DNA of 64,000 bases, taken from positions 25,343 through 89,342 of the forward strand of contig CAYWPX010000003.1 in assembly GCA_964460615.1 (NCBI GenBank), read 5' to 3'. The position numbers and the translations under genes are program-made. The notes under the pieces are model-generated. The model was given only the letters and a program-made list of their open reading frames with translations. It was not told where the DNA came from and did not search any database. Shown one piece after another: positions 1 through 8,672 of this stretch (positions within the stretch are counted from its first letter, which is position 1; every line of letters starts with the position of its first letter). The stretch comes from an uncultured Planctomycetia bacterium. GTDB lineage: Bacteria > Omnitrophota > Gorgyraeia > CAYWPX01.

Positions 1-563
1 GGATCAAAATCGAGGCTGGCTTTGATAGCATCAAACTTATTCAAAGCTGTGTATTCTTTTGCGGTTATATTTCCCTCTGGATCCGGATTTGTGTAGTTAC
101 CGCCAACGATCAAACCTTTACCAAACCATAGTGGCTGGCGACCGATTGTGACTGTGAGTGGTTCATAGAAGAACTGAGAAAGCTTTACATAAGCTTCTTC
201 AATGTTTACATTGAATTCATCTGCATTTGTGGTGTAACTTGTCATGCCGGCAGTGTGGTTGATCCCTCTCACTCCCCAATCTCTCTGGTTGACTATTTTT
301 ACAACTGTAGAGACATTGTCAGTAAGGTCTGCATCAACGCCAACTCTTGTGGTTGACATGAACCAATCCTGAGAGTTGTTCTTTGATACTGTTCTTGGAA
401 TGTTGTTGCTGGTATCACTGGAAGCATTGAGATTAAAAGCTCTTCTCATAAAACCACGAACGTCTAATTCACCATTAACCTTGATATTCTGTACTTCAGC
501 ATAAGACATTCCAACAAATGCAAATGTCATAACAGCTGCAATACAAATAATCATTAATTTCCG
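1..563 (-). CDS. Putative outer-membrane/secreted protein, N-terminal part only (C-terminus runs off the window start). Start ATG at 563.
   Basis: Minus-strand ORF begins MRKLMIICIAAVMTFAFVGMSYA, a typical signal peptide, with an AAGGAGGA SD 4 nt upstream (complement of 565-572). Downstream sequence is Asn/Thr/Gly-rich with alternating pattern, suggesting beta-barrel or porin-like character. Not in the ORF track because it is truncated. Confidence 0.6.
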
Positions 564-965
564 CATCTTTTCCTCCTTATAGTTCTTTCACTTTTATATT
601 TATATATGAATTATTTATGTGTACGAGTCTAGTTATAGGCTAGTTTACCTATGTTTAACTCGGTGCTTACGCTTCTATTCCTATATTGTTATATCTGATA
701 ACCTCTTGCCTTGTCATTTCATCCCTCCTTTCCGGGCTGGATTAAAGTTACCTATAACAATATAGCTTTATATTAATCATTCCTAACTATTTTGTTAAAA
801 GTATACCATATATTATAAAAATGTCAAGGGTATTTTAACTATTTTAAATTTCTAACTAAATATTTATCCTAACCTATTTTAGTTGTTATAGTTAAGTATT
901 TATAAAAGTAACCTCCATACTATTAAATTTAAAGAGCAATCTTTAAAAAACATTTTAGTGTTATA

Positions 966-1607
966 TTAAGTCTTAGATAATTTCCTGGAGTTATCGAACA
1001 CCTGTTCAATCTCGCTCTTATTAAGCCCGCATTGTTTTAGTATACTGATTGCTTTGGCATCCGTTATAAGGTCATCTGGCCCATGCCCATCAGTATTAAT
1101 GACTAATTTAGCTTTAAATAATCTAGCAAGTTTGGCAACGTGTTTGTTGGTGAGTGAATGAGCTGGCTTGGCAGAGATTTCAAGATGTACCCCTTTTTGT
1201 GCTGCCAGTTTTACATCAGTTTCTTTGATATAGCCGGGATGAGCGAGGATATTTACGCCGGCCAGAATTGCAGATCTATTTGTTCCTTCAATAACCGGCT
1301 CGGAAGGCGTTTCGCCATGCGCGACTATAATTTTTGCCCCCTTAAGTCTTGCAAATCTGACCATACGCTTCATCTCTTCTAATGGCGCATGGGTTATTTC
1401 AATCCCAGGAAGTACTTTAATTTTCCAATGTTTATTTAGCTCTTTGGCGACCTTAACGATCCTTGGAACTATAAAATCTATATTGGAAGTATCAACATGA
1501 TCAGTGATAGCAATAGCGGTGTAACCTTTTATATATGCGCGCCTGACAAGTTCACTAGGCAAAAGCTCGCCATCGCTTAATAGGCTGTGAGTGTGAAGAT
1601 CAATCAT
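966..1607 (-). CDS. PHP-domain metal-dependent phosphoesterase (histidinol-phosphatase-like fold)
   Basis: N-terminal MIDLHTHSLLSDG and an internal DHVD motif are typical of PHP family (HisK/YcdX-like) phosphoesterases. GGGGAG SD upstream. Confidence 0.7.
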   Translation of the reverse strand: MIDLHTHSLLSDGELLPSELVRRAYIKGYTAIAITDHVDTSNIDFIVPRIVKVAKELNKHWKIKVLPGIEITHAPLEEMKRMVRFARLKGAKIIVAHGETPSEPVIEGTNRSAILAGVNILAHPGYIKETDVKLAAQKGVHLEISAKPAHSLTNKHVAKLARLFKAKLVINTDGHGPDDLITDAKAISILKQCGLNKSEIEQVFDNSRKLSKT

Positions 1608-1626
1608 TTTTTTAACTCCCCGTATT

Positions 1627-1647
1627 TCGTACGTCGTACATCGTACA
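1627..1647. repeat. Three tandem heptamers (TCGTACG TCGTACA TCGTACA) immediately upstream of the PHP gene SD
   Basis: Direct reading of 1627-1647. On the minus strand it reads GTACGAT GTACGAC GTACGAA, then GGGGAG, then ATG. Confidence 0.5.
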
Positions 1648-1686
1648 GCGCGAACCTTAAATTTGTAAATAATAATTCACTAAAAA

Positions 1687-2169
1687 TTATTTTCTTTTCT
1701 TCCCTTTTTTGATAAGCTGTTTTTTGTTTCTTGTGATAAAGTGTTTAGCAGGCTCTGGGTTTTGAGTAGGAGTATGCTTTAGTATTGCAGCAGCTGGTTC
1801 TTTTTTTGTCGTATTGCCCGCTCTTCGTTTGGCGTAACACTCTTTGCAGTAAACCGGACGGTCACCGGTTGGTCTAAATGGCACTTCACAATCTTTGTTA
1901 CAATCAGCGCAAATTGCCTTAAAGAATTTTCTTTCTTTAAAATTACTATTTTTAGACGGTTCGATAAATTGTACTGGCTTATTTGGTTGTTGAATTGTCT
2001 GAGGCAAATTTTTTTCAATACTAGGTTTTTCATAATGCCTACTTAAAATGATATCTATCTTAGTCTCCAGGGATGTGAGCCTGTTTTCAATCCTGTTGAC
2101 CATTATCGCCAGGTCCATATCTGCCTGTGTTAAGCCAACTTCAACTTTTTTTTCTTTCCGTTTTTTCAT
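1687..2169 (-). CDS. Hypothetical protein with N-terminal coiled-coil and C-terminal C4 zinc ribbon, basic Lys-rich tail
   Basis: 160 aa ORF. Motif CADCNKDC...17 residues...CKECY (CxxC-x3-C...CxxC). KR-rich termini suggest nucleic-acid binding. No family recognised. Confidence 0.5.
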   Translation of the reverse strand: MKKRKEKKVEVGLTQADMDLAIMVNRIENRLTSLETKIDIILSRHYEKPSIEKNLPQTIQQPNKPVQFIEPSKNSNFKERKFFKAICADCNKDCEVPFRPTGDRPVYCKECYAKRRAGNTTKKEPAAAILKHTPTQNPEPAKHFITRNKKQLIKKGKKRK

Positions 2170-2225
2170 ATAAATCTCTCATTTTTCTAACAACTAAAGA
2201 CTAACTTCTATTTACTGCAGTTTTA

Positions 2226-2276
2226 CTGCCCCCGGGCAGCCTGTCCGCCAAAGCTTTGTGGCGGAAGTCGAACTTA
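2226..2276 (-). pseudogene. Degenerate 3' fragment of a tRNA-Arg-like gene (T-arm plus acceptor 3' half), interrupted by a 25-nt GC-rich palindrome
   Basis: Minus strand reads AGTTCGACTT-[CCGCCACAAAGCTTTGGCGG ACAGG]-CTGCCCGGGGGCA. This matches the intact tRNA 3' half GGCAGTTCGACTCTGCCCGGGGGCACCA except for the insert and the absence of CCA. Confidence 0.55.
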
Positions 2277-2353
2277 CAGTTCAGTTTTCCCTTGCATAAC
2301 CGCTTGAAATTTCTGACAAAAATCGTCAAAAATTTCTTCGCATGCTGCGGGTT

Positions 2354-2383
2354 ACTCATTTTGCATTTCTATGCAAAATGAGT
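2354..2383 (-). terminator. Perfect 13-bp stem / 4-nt loop hairpin immediately 3' of tRNA-Arg (processing or termination structure, no U-tract)
   Basis: actcattttgcat-ttct-atgcaaaatgagt lies 3 nt downstream of the tRNA CCA end. Confidence 0.45.
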
Positions 2384-2385
2384 TA

Positions 2386-2462
2386 TGGTGCCCCCGGGCA
2401 GAGTCGAACTGCCGACACCAGGTTTAGGAAACCTGTGCTCTATCCATCTGAGCTACAGGGGC
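2386..2462 (-). tRNA. tRNA-Arg (anticodon CCT), 77 nt with encoded CCA
   Basis: Minus strand reads GCCCCTGTAGCTCAGATGGATAGAGCACAGGTTTCCTAAACCTGGTGTCGGCAGTTCGACTCTGCCCGGGGGCACCA. Cloverleaf has a 7-bp acceptor stem (one GU), GTTCGA T-loop and anticodon loop TTCCTAA. Confidence 0.9.
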
Positions 2463-2570
2463 ATTTGTTGTAACTTATTTATTTTAATATAAATTGCGTA
2501 AAAGAGTTATTCTTAAAAATTTGTTGTTAAAGAACTTTGTGTCAAATAAGTGACCAATTTTCAAAAATTT

Positions 2571-2620
2571 GTGCTCTATCCCTGCCTACCGGCAGGCAGG
2601 CATCTAAGAGCTACAGGGGC
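2571..2620 (-). pseudogene. Degenerate 5' fragment of tRNA-Arg (acceptor 5' strand plus D-arm) with a 20-nt palindrome inserted in the D-loop
   Basis: Minus strand reads GCCCCTGTAGCTC-TTAGATG[CCTGCCTGCCGGTAGGCAGG]GATAGAGCAC. It is identical to tRNA nt 1-26 apart from the insertion and diverges after position 26. Confidence 0.55.
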
Positions 2621-2679
2621 AACTAAAACAGTACACAAGTTCACAGTACTCAGTTTACAGTAAAAAACAACTCACTTTA

Positions 2680-2724
2680 GCTGTAGCGCTTGCCCGCCAA
2701 TGTTTGTGGCGTAAACTACAGGGC
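2680..2724 (-). pseudogene. Third tRNA-like fragment (GCCCTGTAG acceptor-like 5' end) carrying a palindrome related to the one at 2240-2264
   Basis: Minus strand reads GCCCTGTAGTTTA[CGCCACAAACATTGGCG]GGCAAGCGCTACAGC. The palindrome core CGCCACAAA..TTGGCG is shared with the 2240-2264 insert. Confidence 0.4.
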
Positions 2725-2906
2725 TAGATTAAATTAAATCAAAATTTAAGCATGTCGAATTCTATTGTAAAATTTTCGAAGTAGTTTTGAGGAAATTTTA
2801 GATGTTTAAAATTCGACAAAAGAAATGTGAACATTTTGAGATATTTTAACCTAAAACCGGCAGGAAGTAAAGAGAGAAATTTAGCACGAATATATATAGG
2901 TAATCA

Positions 2907-3734
2907 CTATTTCAGTGCCTTATAGAAAATATGAGTACCTTTTTTAGAAGGTTTTGTTACAACTTTAAAACTTTGATTGAGCCATTTTTCCAGCATAGTT
3001 TTATCAATCTTAATATGCGGCGAATGAATAGAGCCAACGAAAATCTTCTGCATTATCCTTCGCCTGATTATTGCGATGAGCCCAAAAAAACCTTTGCTGC
3101 GTATTTTTTTTAATAGGCTGGGATTTTCGTGCATGATCAATAACATTCCGCCAGGCTTTAGAACTCTTTGGCCTTCCTCTAGCATTTTGTAGGGCGAAAT
3201 ACTGTGATCAAGAGCGTTCGATATTATTACATTGTCGATACTTTTATCATTAAACGGCAAAAATTCCCCCAACCCTTTAATAAATATCAGATTGCCTCTG
3301 TCTATGGGGAACATCTTATCTACATAAGAAGGCCTTTCATTTATGATCCAACCTTCGTAGGGGTCTATGCCAATATATTGAGTTTCTTTTAGATAGCTGT
3401 TCATCTGACCGTCTGCGCATCCTATGTCAAGCGTTAGGCCCTTAATGTTACCAATAAATCCAGCGAATTCGTCGTATAAATTTTTGTCTTTAGTGACGAT
3501 AGCTTCATCCATTATCCTATGGTACCAACCCAAAAAAATATTTTGCCTGGTTTCCCAGGATTTAAAATCGAGATCCTGTAGTTTGTCTTCCGGGACCAGG
3601 CTGGTAAATTTATCGCTAGGCTGGGTAAACTTTCTGTTGCAGGCTTTGCAGATGATCGCATCATTTATTCTTGTAAGAGGGGCTTTGCATATCGGGCATA
3701 CTATTGCAATAGAGTTATTTAATTCGACCGTCAT
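2907..3734 (-). CDS. Class I SAM-dependent methyltransferase with N-terminal Trm112/RlmA-like Zn ribbon (possible RlmA-type rRNA G-N1 methyltransferase)
   Basis: CPICKAPL...ICKACNRKF zinc ribbon is followed by the LDIGCADG SAM-binding motif. Architecture and length (275 aa) resemble E. coli RlmA. Confidence 0.6.
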   Translation of the reverse strand: MTVELNNSIAIVCPICKAPLTRINDAIICKACNRKFTQPSDKFTSLVPEDKLQDLDFKSWETRQNIFLGWYHRIMDEAIVTKDKNLYDEFAGFIGNIKGLTLDIGCADGQMNSYLKETQYIGIDPYEGWIINERPSYVDKMFPIDRGNLIFIKGLGEFLPFNDKSIDNVIISNALDHSISPYKMLEEGQRVLKPGGMLLIMHENPSLLKKIRSKGFFGLIAIIRRRIMQKIFVGSIHSPHIKIDKTMLEKWLNQSFKVVTKPSKKGTHIFYKALK

Positions 3735-3877
3735 TTAATTGTACCTTTATATATGAATTTTCAACCGAGCCTTTAATATTTGCGTTCACAAAACTTCCGC
3801 AGTTATTTACACAAGATGCGTCTTGTGTCTTTAGTTATAATTTTTAATTAAATGGGAATGAAAAAAATCAAAATTTG

Positions 3878-5386
3878 TCAGGACTTGCCCAATTTTTTTG
3901 TCTGCGAAGAATGCCTGCTTCTGAAGATGTGCTGCTTAAGCGCGTAGCATTTGTTCAAAAATTTCCAAAGAAATGTTTTATATTTTGGTTTGGTGAAAAT
4001 ATTTGAAAATATTCTATTAGACAATATCCTTATCATCCAGGACGGCATTCCGAATGTAAATAGCTTTATAAGAAGCGCATAGTAATTGGCTGGAAAAGCA
4101 GCAAGGCTTTTTTGATAGACCATACTCGATTCATCTTTAAGGATGTCATCGTTTTTGGCTTTCTCATAAAGTTCGGATGAAGGATAAAAAGTTAAAGAAT
4201 AACAGGCTATTCTAAAGGGTTTTTTTAGTTTGAGTATCAGGTCAAGACTATCTTTGCTGTCTTCCTCGGATTCGTATGGATTATCAAAAATAAAGTCATA
4301 GACTACTTTTACTTTTTTTGCGCTCAAGAATTTACTTAGTTCAAGTATCTTTTCATTATTTAAAGCCCTTTTATAAAGCTGAGAGGTTTTTTTGTTTGCC
4401 GTTTGAACGCCTATGTACATGCCTATCATACCTGCATTGATCAGCTTATCAATCATATCAATGTCGACAGTGCTTGGATGGAAGAGGCATCTAAAAGGCA
4501 GCCTGATCTTTTCTTTGTACATTTGACAGAATTTTATTACCTCTTCTCTCTTGCCTCCTAAAAGGACGTCGTCGCTCAAGAATATGTTATCAATTACGGG
4601 AAACTTGGCTTTGATCCGGGACAATTCTTCTATAAGATTGCCGGCAGTGCGGGCCCTGACATATTTTTGATTAGGGTTAAGGCTTCTAAGGTATGAATTT
4701 ACACAGTAAGTGCAGGAAAACGGACAACCTCTTGCGCCAAAAGTCCTGTAGATAAGGCCCGGCTTATTCGCGAAATAATCATTATGCTTAAATAGTATCT
4801 CTATAGTTTTCTGGTCTAGTTTTCTGATGCTGTTCTCAAAGAGGGTGTATTGGTCCTCGAGGTCATAATCTGGAAAAGGAAGGCTGTCCAGATCCTGTAT
4901 GAGAGGTCTTAGCGGGTTTCTTATGACCCTATCGCCGCTTTTTAGCCAGATATTTTGAATATCAGAAACGGGTTTTTTATCCTGCAGGCGGCTTGCCAGT
5001 TCATAAAGTGCGATCTCCCCTTCGCCTCTGCAAATAAAATCGGCATGGAGAAGGGATTCTTCGGGTTTGACCGTCGGGTGTATTCCTCCCCATATAATGG
5101 GTATATTCAGTTCCTCTTTCAGTTTTTTTGTAAGTTGTACGGCGTGTCCGAAATAGTTGGTCATTACAGAAATACCGATCAATTGGCTTCCGCGGCACAG
5201 GTCGACTATTTCGTTAAGAAGCTTTTGATCGTATTTTTGTGAATAATCTTTTTCTGAGAGGCCTATAACTTCTTTACATAGAAATATAGAACGGCAGCTC
5301 ATTCCTTTTGATTTAAGGTATGCTGAGAGCATTCTAATTTCATACGCAAAGACTTCTGAGCTTAGCGAGATTAATACGGTTTTCAT
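3878..5386 (-). CDS. B12-binding-domain radical SAM protein (class B rSAM)
   Basis: N-terminal cobalamin-binding-like domain, then CPFSCTYC (CxxxCxxC) radical SAM cluster motif. 502 aa. Confidence 0.75.
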   Translation of the reverse strand: MKTVLISLSSEVFAYEIRMLSAYLKSKGMSCRSIFLCKEVIGLSEKDYSQKYDQKLLNEIVDLCRGSQLIGISVMTNYFGHAVQLTKKLKEELNIPIIWGGIHPTVKPEESLLHADFICRGEGEIALYELASRLQDKKPVSDIQNIWLKSGDRVIRNPLRPLIQDLDSLPFPDYDLEDQYTLFENSIRKLDQKTIEILFKHNDYFANKPGLIYRTFGARGCPFSCTYCVNSYLRSLNPNQKYVRARTAGNLIEELSRIKAKFPVIDNIFLSDDVLLGGKREEVIKFCQMYKEKIRLPFRCLFHPSTVDIDMIDKLINAGMIGMYIGVQTANKKTSQLYKRALNNEKILELSKFLSAKKVKVVYDFIFDNPYESEEDSKDSLDLILKLKKPFRIACYSLTFYPSSELYEKAKNDDILKDESSMVYQKSLAAFPANYYALLIKLFTFGMPSWMIRILSNRIFSNIFTKPKYKTFLWKFLNKCYALKQHIFRSRHSSQTKKLGKS

Positions 5387-5456
5387 AAAAATCTTCCTTA
5401 TAGCTAGGATTTTGAGTAAGCAATGAAAAATTTCTATTTATAAGTTTGATGAAAAC

Positions 5457-6239
5457 TTATAAATTTGAAATTATTGATCTGAACGGATCCGGATTTATAG
5501 ATATTCCGCCGGTAAAAGGATAATCAAGCGCAAAAATAGTAAAAAGGATCAAAGAGACCAATATCGACAAAAGGATACTCATTGCAAGTTGAGCAGCAAG
5601 ATTTTCAGTTCCAAAGAAAAAAGCAAAAGTAATAGTTGTGAGGCCGCCTATTATCAGGACAAACCATAAAACGGGGTGCAAGCCGTTTTTTGAATCCATA
5701 AGTCTTGTATCTCGCAATTCACTTAATTGGTTGAGGTTTCTAATTGATTCCTCAAAAAAAGCTTTATCAGTGAAGTCCTTTATTTCGTACTTTGAGTAAA
5801 GAAGCCATATTTTTCTAAGTATAGAGCTAACGTTGGGGCTATTTTTACCTTTTTCCATGGTTTTCCATTCATCGTTTACCACTGCGCTGCCATATTCTTT
5901 TAGTAAAGCGCGGGTATTTATCTTGAAATCCTCGGGAAAGGCAACCGTATCCCTAACAAGGTCTTCTAAGCAATTTGCTTCCTTTTGGACATTTTGTCTG
6001 GAAGCATCAAAGTTTTCCCAAACAATGATGACTACAAATGCCAATAAAACAGCGTAAATGACTCCTAATGTCCCGAATATCGGACCTGCGACATCATTAT
6101 GGATTTTTAATTTATGGTGGGGTACGAAACGTCTTACGATAAAAAGCCCTATAGTTGACAATATAACAGAACTTAATACCATGATAGCCCCTAATAAAAA
6201 GGTAGGAACTATTAGAAGAATTTGTTGAGCGAAAGGCAT
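5457..6239 (-). CDS. Integral membrane protein, DUF4239-like (2 N-terminal and 2 C-terminal TM helices)
   Basis: Hydrophobic N- and C-terminal segments flank a soluble central domain. No catalytic motif recognised. Confidence 0.5.
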   Translation of the reverse strand: MPFAQQILLIVPTFLLGAIMVLSSVILSTIGLFIVRRFVPHHKLKIHNDVAGPIFGTLGVIYAVLLAFVVIIVWENFDASRQNVQKEANCLEDLVRDTVAFPEDFKINTRALLKEYGSAVVNDEWKTMEKGKNSPNVSSILRKIWLLYSKYEIKDFTDKAFFEESIRNLNQLSELRDTRLMDSKNGLHPVLWFVLIIGGLTTITFAFFFGTENLAAQLAMSILLSILVSLILFTIFALDYPFTGGISINPDPFRSIISNL

Positions 6240-6272
6240 TTTGATTTCCTATAAAAAAATAAAATTAATAAA

Positions 6273-7295
6273 TTATTCAACTAAAGCAATCTGATCACGG
6301 CCATTATTTTTAGCCTTGTATAGCGCATCGTCGGCTTTTTTTATGAGGAACTCCCAATCGGAGGCATCCGAAGGATATTCGGAAATTCCGATAGAAACGG
6401 TAAGCTTTCCGTTGGGTTGAGATTCTCTGTTTTGGAAAGGAAAATTTCTTACGTCATCCAATACCCTCTTGGCTCTGGCGAAACCGCCTTTTTTATTTGT
6501 TTCAGGAAGTATAATCACAAATTCCTCGCCGCCGTATCTGGCAACTATGTCTATGCCGCTCATCTTGAATACTGTATCGGCATGCCTTGATGTTGTCCTA
6601 AGCACTTCCCCGAGTTGTTTTAGGACAACATTGCCCTGTTCATGGCCGTTGAGGTCGTTATAATGTTTGAAGTAATCAATATCAATAAATAGGAGCGTAA
6701 CGCAATGATTGTATCTTTTGGCTCTGGCAACCTCCTTGGCAAATATCTCTTCAAAATATCTGTAGTTAAAAAGTCCTGTCAAACTGTCTATTATAACTAA
6801 TTGTTCGAGCCTTTGCTTTTCTCTGAATAGTTCGTTGTTCCTTTCATCATTGCTTTTTTCAACAAGGGATTTTGTAAAAACCAATTCTTTGGTTAGATCG
6901 GCAATTGTCTGTTCCATTAGCTTGACGTCGAATCTCAGAAGGTCTCTTATTGAGACTATGCCCACCAGAGAACCGCTGTCAACAATAGGCAGATGGCGGA
7001 TATTATTTGTCATCATAAGATCGAAGACATCCTTAAAGTTGCTACTTATTGAACCAACCTTGATATCTTTTGTCATAACATCGGAAACGGCAGTTGTCAG
7101 ATGGTCTTTGCCTTTGCCTATTACTTTTGTAAGTAGGTCTCTTTCGGTAAAAATACCGGCTATCTGCTTATCATTCAAAACAACTATAGAGCCTATATTG
7201 TTATTCTGCATAAGAATGCAGGCATCATTGACGCTTTTGGAACCTTCTATGGTTATAACATCTTTAACCATCCAAGCAGTGATATTTTTCATCAT
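6273..7295 (-). CDS. CBS-pair domain diguanylate cyclase (GGDEF domain, GGEEF active-site motif)
   Basis: Tandem CBS-like segments at the N-terminus. C-terminal RYGGEEF and DxLT motifs are typical of GGDEF cyclases. Confidence 0.8.
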   Translation of the reverse strand: MMKNITAWMVKDVITIEGSKSVNDACILMQNNNIGSIVVLNDKQIAGIFTERDLLTKVIGKGKDHLTTAVSDVMTKDIKVGSISSNFKDVFDLMMTNNIRHLPIVDSGSLVGIVSIRDLLRFDVKLMEQTIADLTKELVFTKSLVEKSNDERNNELFREKQRLEQLVIIDSLTGLFNYRYFEEIFAKEVARAKRYNHCVTLLFIDIDYFKHYNDLNGHEQGNVVLKQLGEVLRTTSRHADTVFKMSGIDIVARYGGEEFVIILPETNKKGGFARAKRVLDDVRNFPFQNRESQPNGKLTVSIGISEYPSDASDWEFLIKKADDALYKAKNNGRDQIALVE

Positions 7296-7402
7296 AATTC
7301 CTTTGTAAATTTATATTTGATAATTAATTATACGTTTTTATATATTAAAGTCAATTTTTTCTTTAAAAAATCAAATATTAGAAGATTAGATCTGAGAAAT
7401 TG

Positions 7403-8662
7403 TTATTTATTATCCAAATAATATCCCGTCCCCACGATCCAGTCAAACGGTTCGTAATAGAGGCTATATGACCTTTTTTTTGAAGGTTTGGTCTCCCCTT
7501 TTTTTGGGAACCAATAATTGGTATATCCCCCTTGTGGGCTGAGTCCTTTGGTTATAATCTCCCTTACATAAAATATGCCATTTATATTAGCATCTATCCT
7601 ATTGGTGCCTTCAACATTCTTGTCGCCATATAAAACGACATTGACGCCATCTTTTGTGTCCGCAAAGAAATATCCCTCCTTGTTGTCGCCATACCTCAGA
7701 TTTCTAAGCAGCTCAGCTCCTAATTTTTTTGCTTCCACTAAAGGTATCTCATTTGTTAAGGCTTTTTTGTAAACTGCTGCCAGGAGGCTTACTGCAGTCT
7801 GAACCTCATTCTTTATGATCTTATCCTCATCGCTTAGAAATTCTAAACTTGGAGCTTCTTCACTTTTTATAATATATCCGATTATCTTCCATTCGTTTCC
7901 GAAAATTTCAACAGTGTCCCAGATCACATCTCTTTTAATTAATTTATTTGATGCTGTATCTAACATATCAAAAGAGTCTATACCGCTTTGAGACTGGGAG
8001 ATTTTTCTGAAGACATACAATAAATTCGGGTAAGGCTTGTAATAATTATCAGAAAAGACATTTTTGCCGATCTCATATGCGTCCACGTCGTATAAATTGA
8101 GGCCGTTTTTCTGCATAACCCATATATCTATTTTGGATTTTTTCATCAGGGGTTGGATTATTTTATCAAGCATATTCTCTGGTTTTATCAAAATGCTGAC
8201 GGACCCTAAAAATGAGTTATTTTTATCAAAAACCGGATATTTGAAATCTACGGCATCAAACCCCTCTACGGATCTGAAAACTGTGCTAAAAACAGGGCGC
8301 TTAGTACGCAAAATCGTCTTAACCTGTTGTTGATAGCTTATATCTGTTCCCTCAAATTTTCTAAAAGACTCAGGAACAACAGTGACCATAGTGCCTTTCA
8401 GATCAATAGTAGCGCAATCATAAGCGTAATGAAGGTTATTGTAGAGCTTATTCAGGGTTTTTCTGGCCTCTTTTCCTTTAAGGCCTGTTTTGGAGAGCTC
8501 TTTGGCGGAAATGTTAAGGTTTGAGTCTATGGAGCGGAATTCATACAAAATTCCCGATTTAACCTTATCTAAGGTTTTTTGGGCGTCATCAATGGTTTGG
8601 GAAAAAACATCAGAGCTAAGGTATACAAAAAATACAGCAGCTAAGGCTATAATCTTTTTCAT
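7403..8662 (-). CDS. Secreted/periplasmic multi-Cache domain ligand-binding protein with no transmembrane or output domain
   Basis: Signal peptide MKKIIALAAVFFVYLSSDVFS. C-terminus YWFPKKGETKPSKKRSYSLYYEPFDWIVGTGYYLD matches the sCache_2 signature. The protein ends right after the Cache domain. Confidence 0.65.
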   Translation of the reverse strand: MKKIIALAAVFFVYLSSDVFSQTIDDAQKTLDKVKSGILYEFRSIDSNLNISAKELSKTGLKGKEARKTLNKLYNNLHYAYDCATIDLKGTMVTVVPESFRKFEGTDISYQQQVKTILRTKRPVFSTVFRSVEGFDAVDFKYPVFDKNNSFLGSVSILIKPENMLDKIIQPLMKKSKIDIWVMQKNGLNLYDVDAYEIGKNVFSDNYYKPYPNLLYVFRKISQSQSGIDSFDMLDTASNKLIKRDVIWDTVEIFGNEWKIIGYIIKSEEAPSLEFLSDEDKIIKNEVQTAVSLLAAVYKKALTNEIPLVEAKKLGAELLRNLRYGDNKEGYFFADTKDGVNVVLYGDKNVEGTNRIDANINGIFYVREIITKGLSPQGGYTNYWFPKKGETKPSKKRSYSLYYEPFDWIVGTGYYLDNK

Positions 8663-8672
8663 AATTAGAAAA

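Noticed and set aside
2170-2906. Possible integrated mobile element or prophage at the tRNA-Arg locus
   Set aside because: The tRNA fragments suggest past integration events, but there is no integrase, excisionase, transposase or phage-like gene in the flanking 5 kb. The adjacent genes (methyltransferase, rSAM, Zn-ribbon, PHP) look cellular, and no direct repeat beyond the fragments themselves delimits an island. It is reported as a fragment and palindrome locus, not as a mobile element.
6835-7308. 157-aa plus-strand ORF (and many similar ones, for example 40920-41387, 42156-42581, 60973-61674, 24765-25163, 28068-28472, 31930-32304)
   Set aside because: All lie antisense within minus-strand genes that have strong, motif-level support (GGDEF, trpD, trpE, ftsK, hup, der, PGM). 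Their translations are low-complexity (Ser/Leu/Ile-rich), a typical by-product of AT-rich codon usage. They have no SD sites and are judged spurious.
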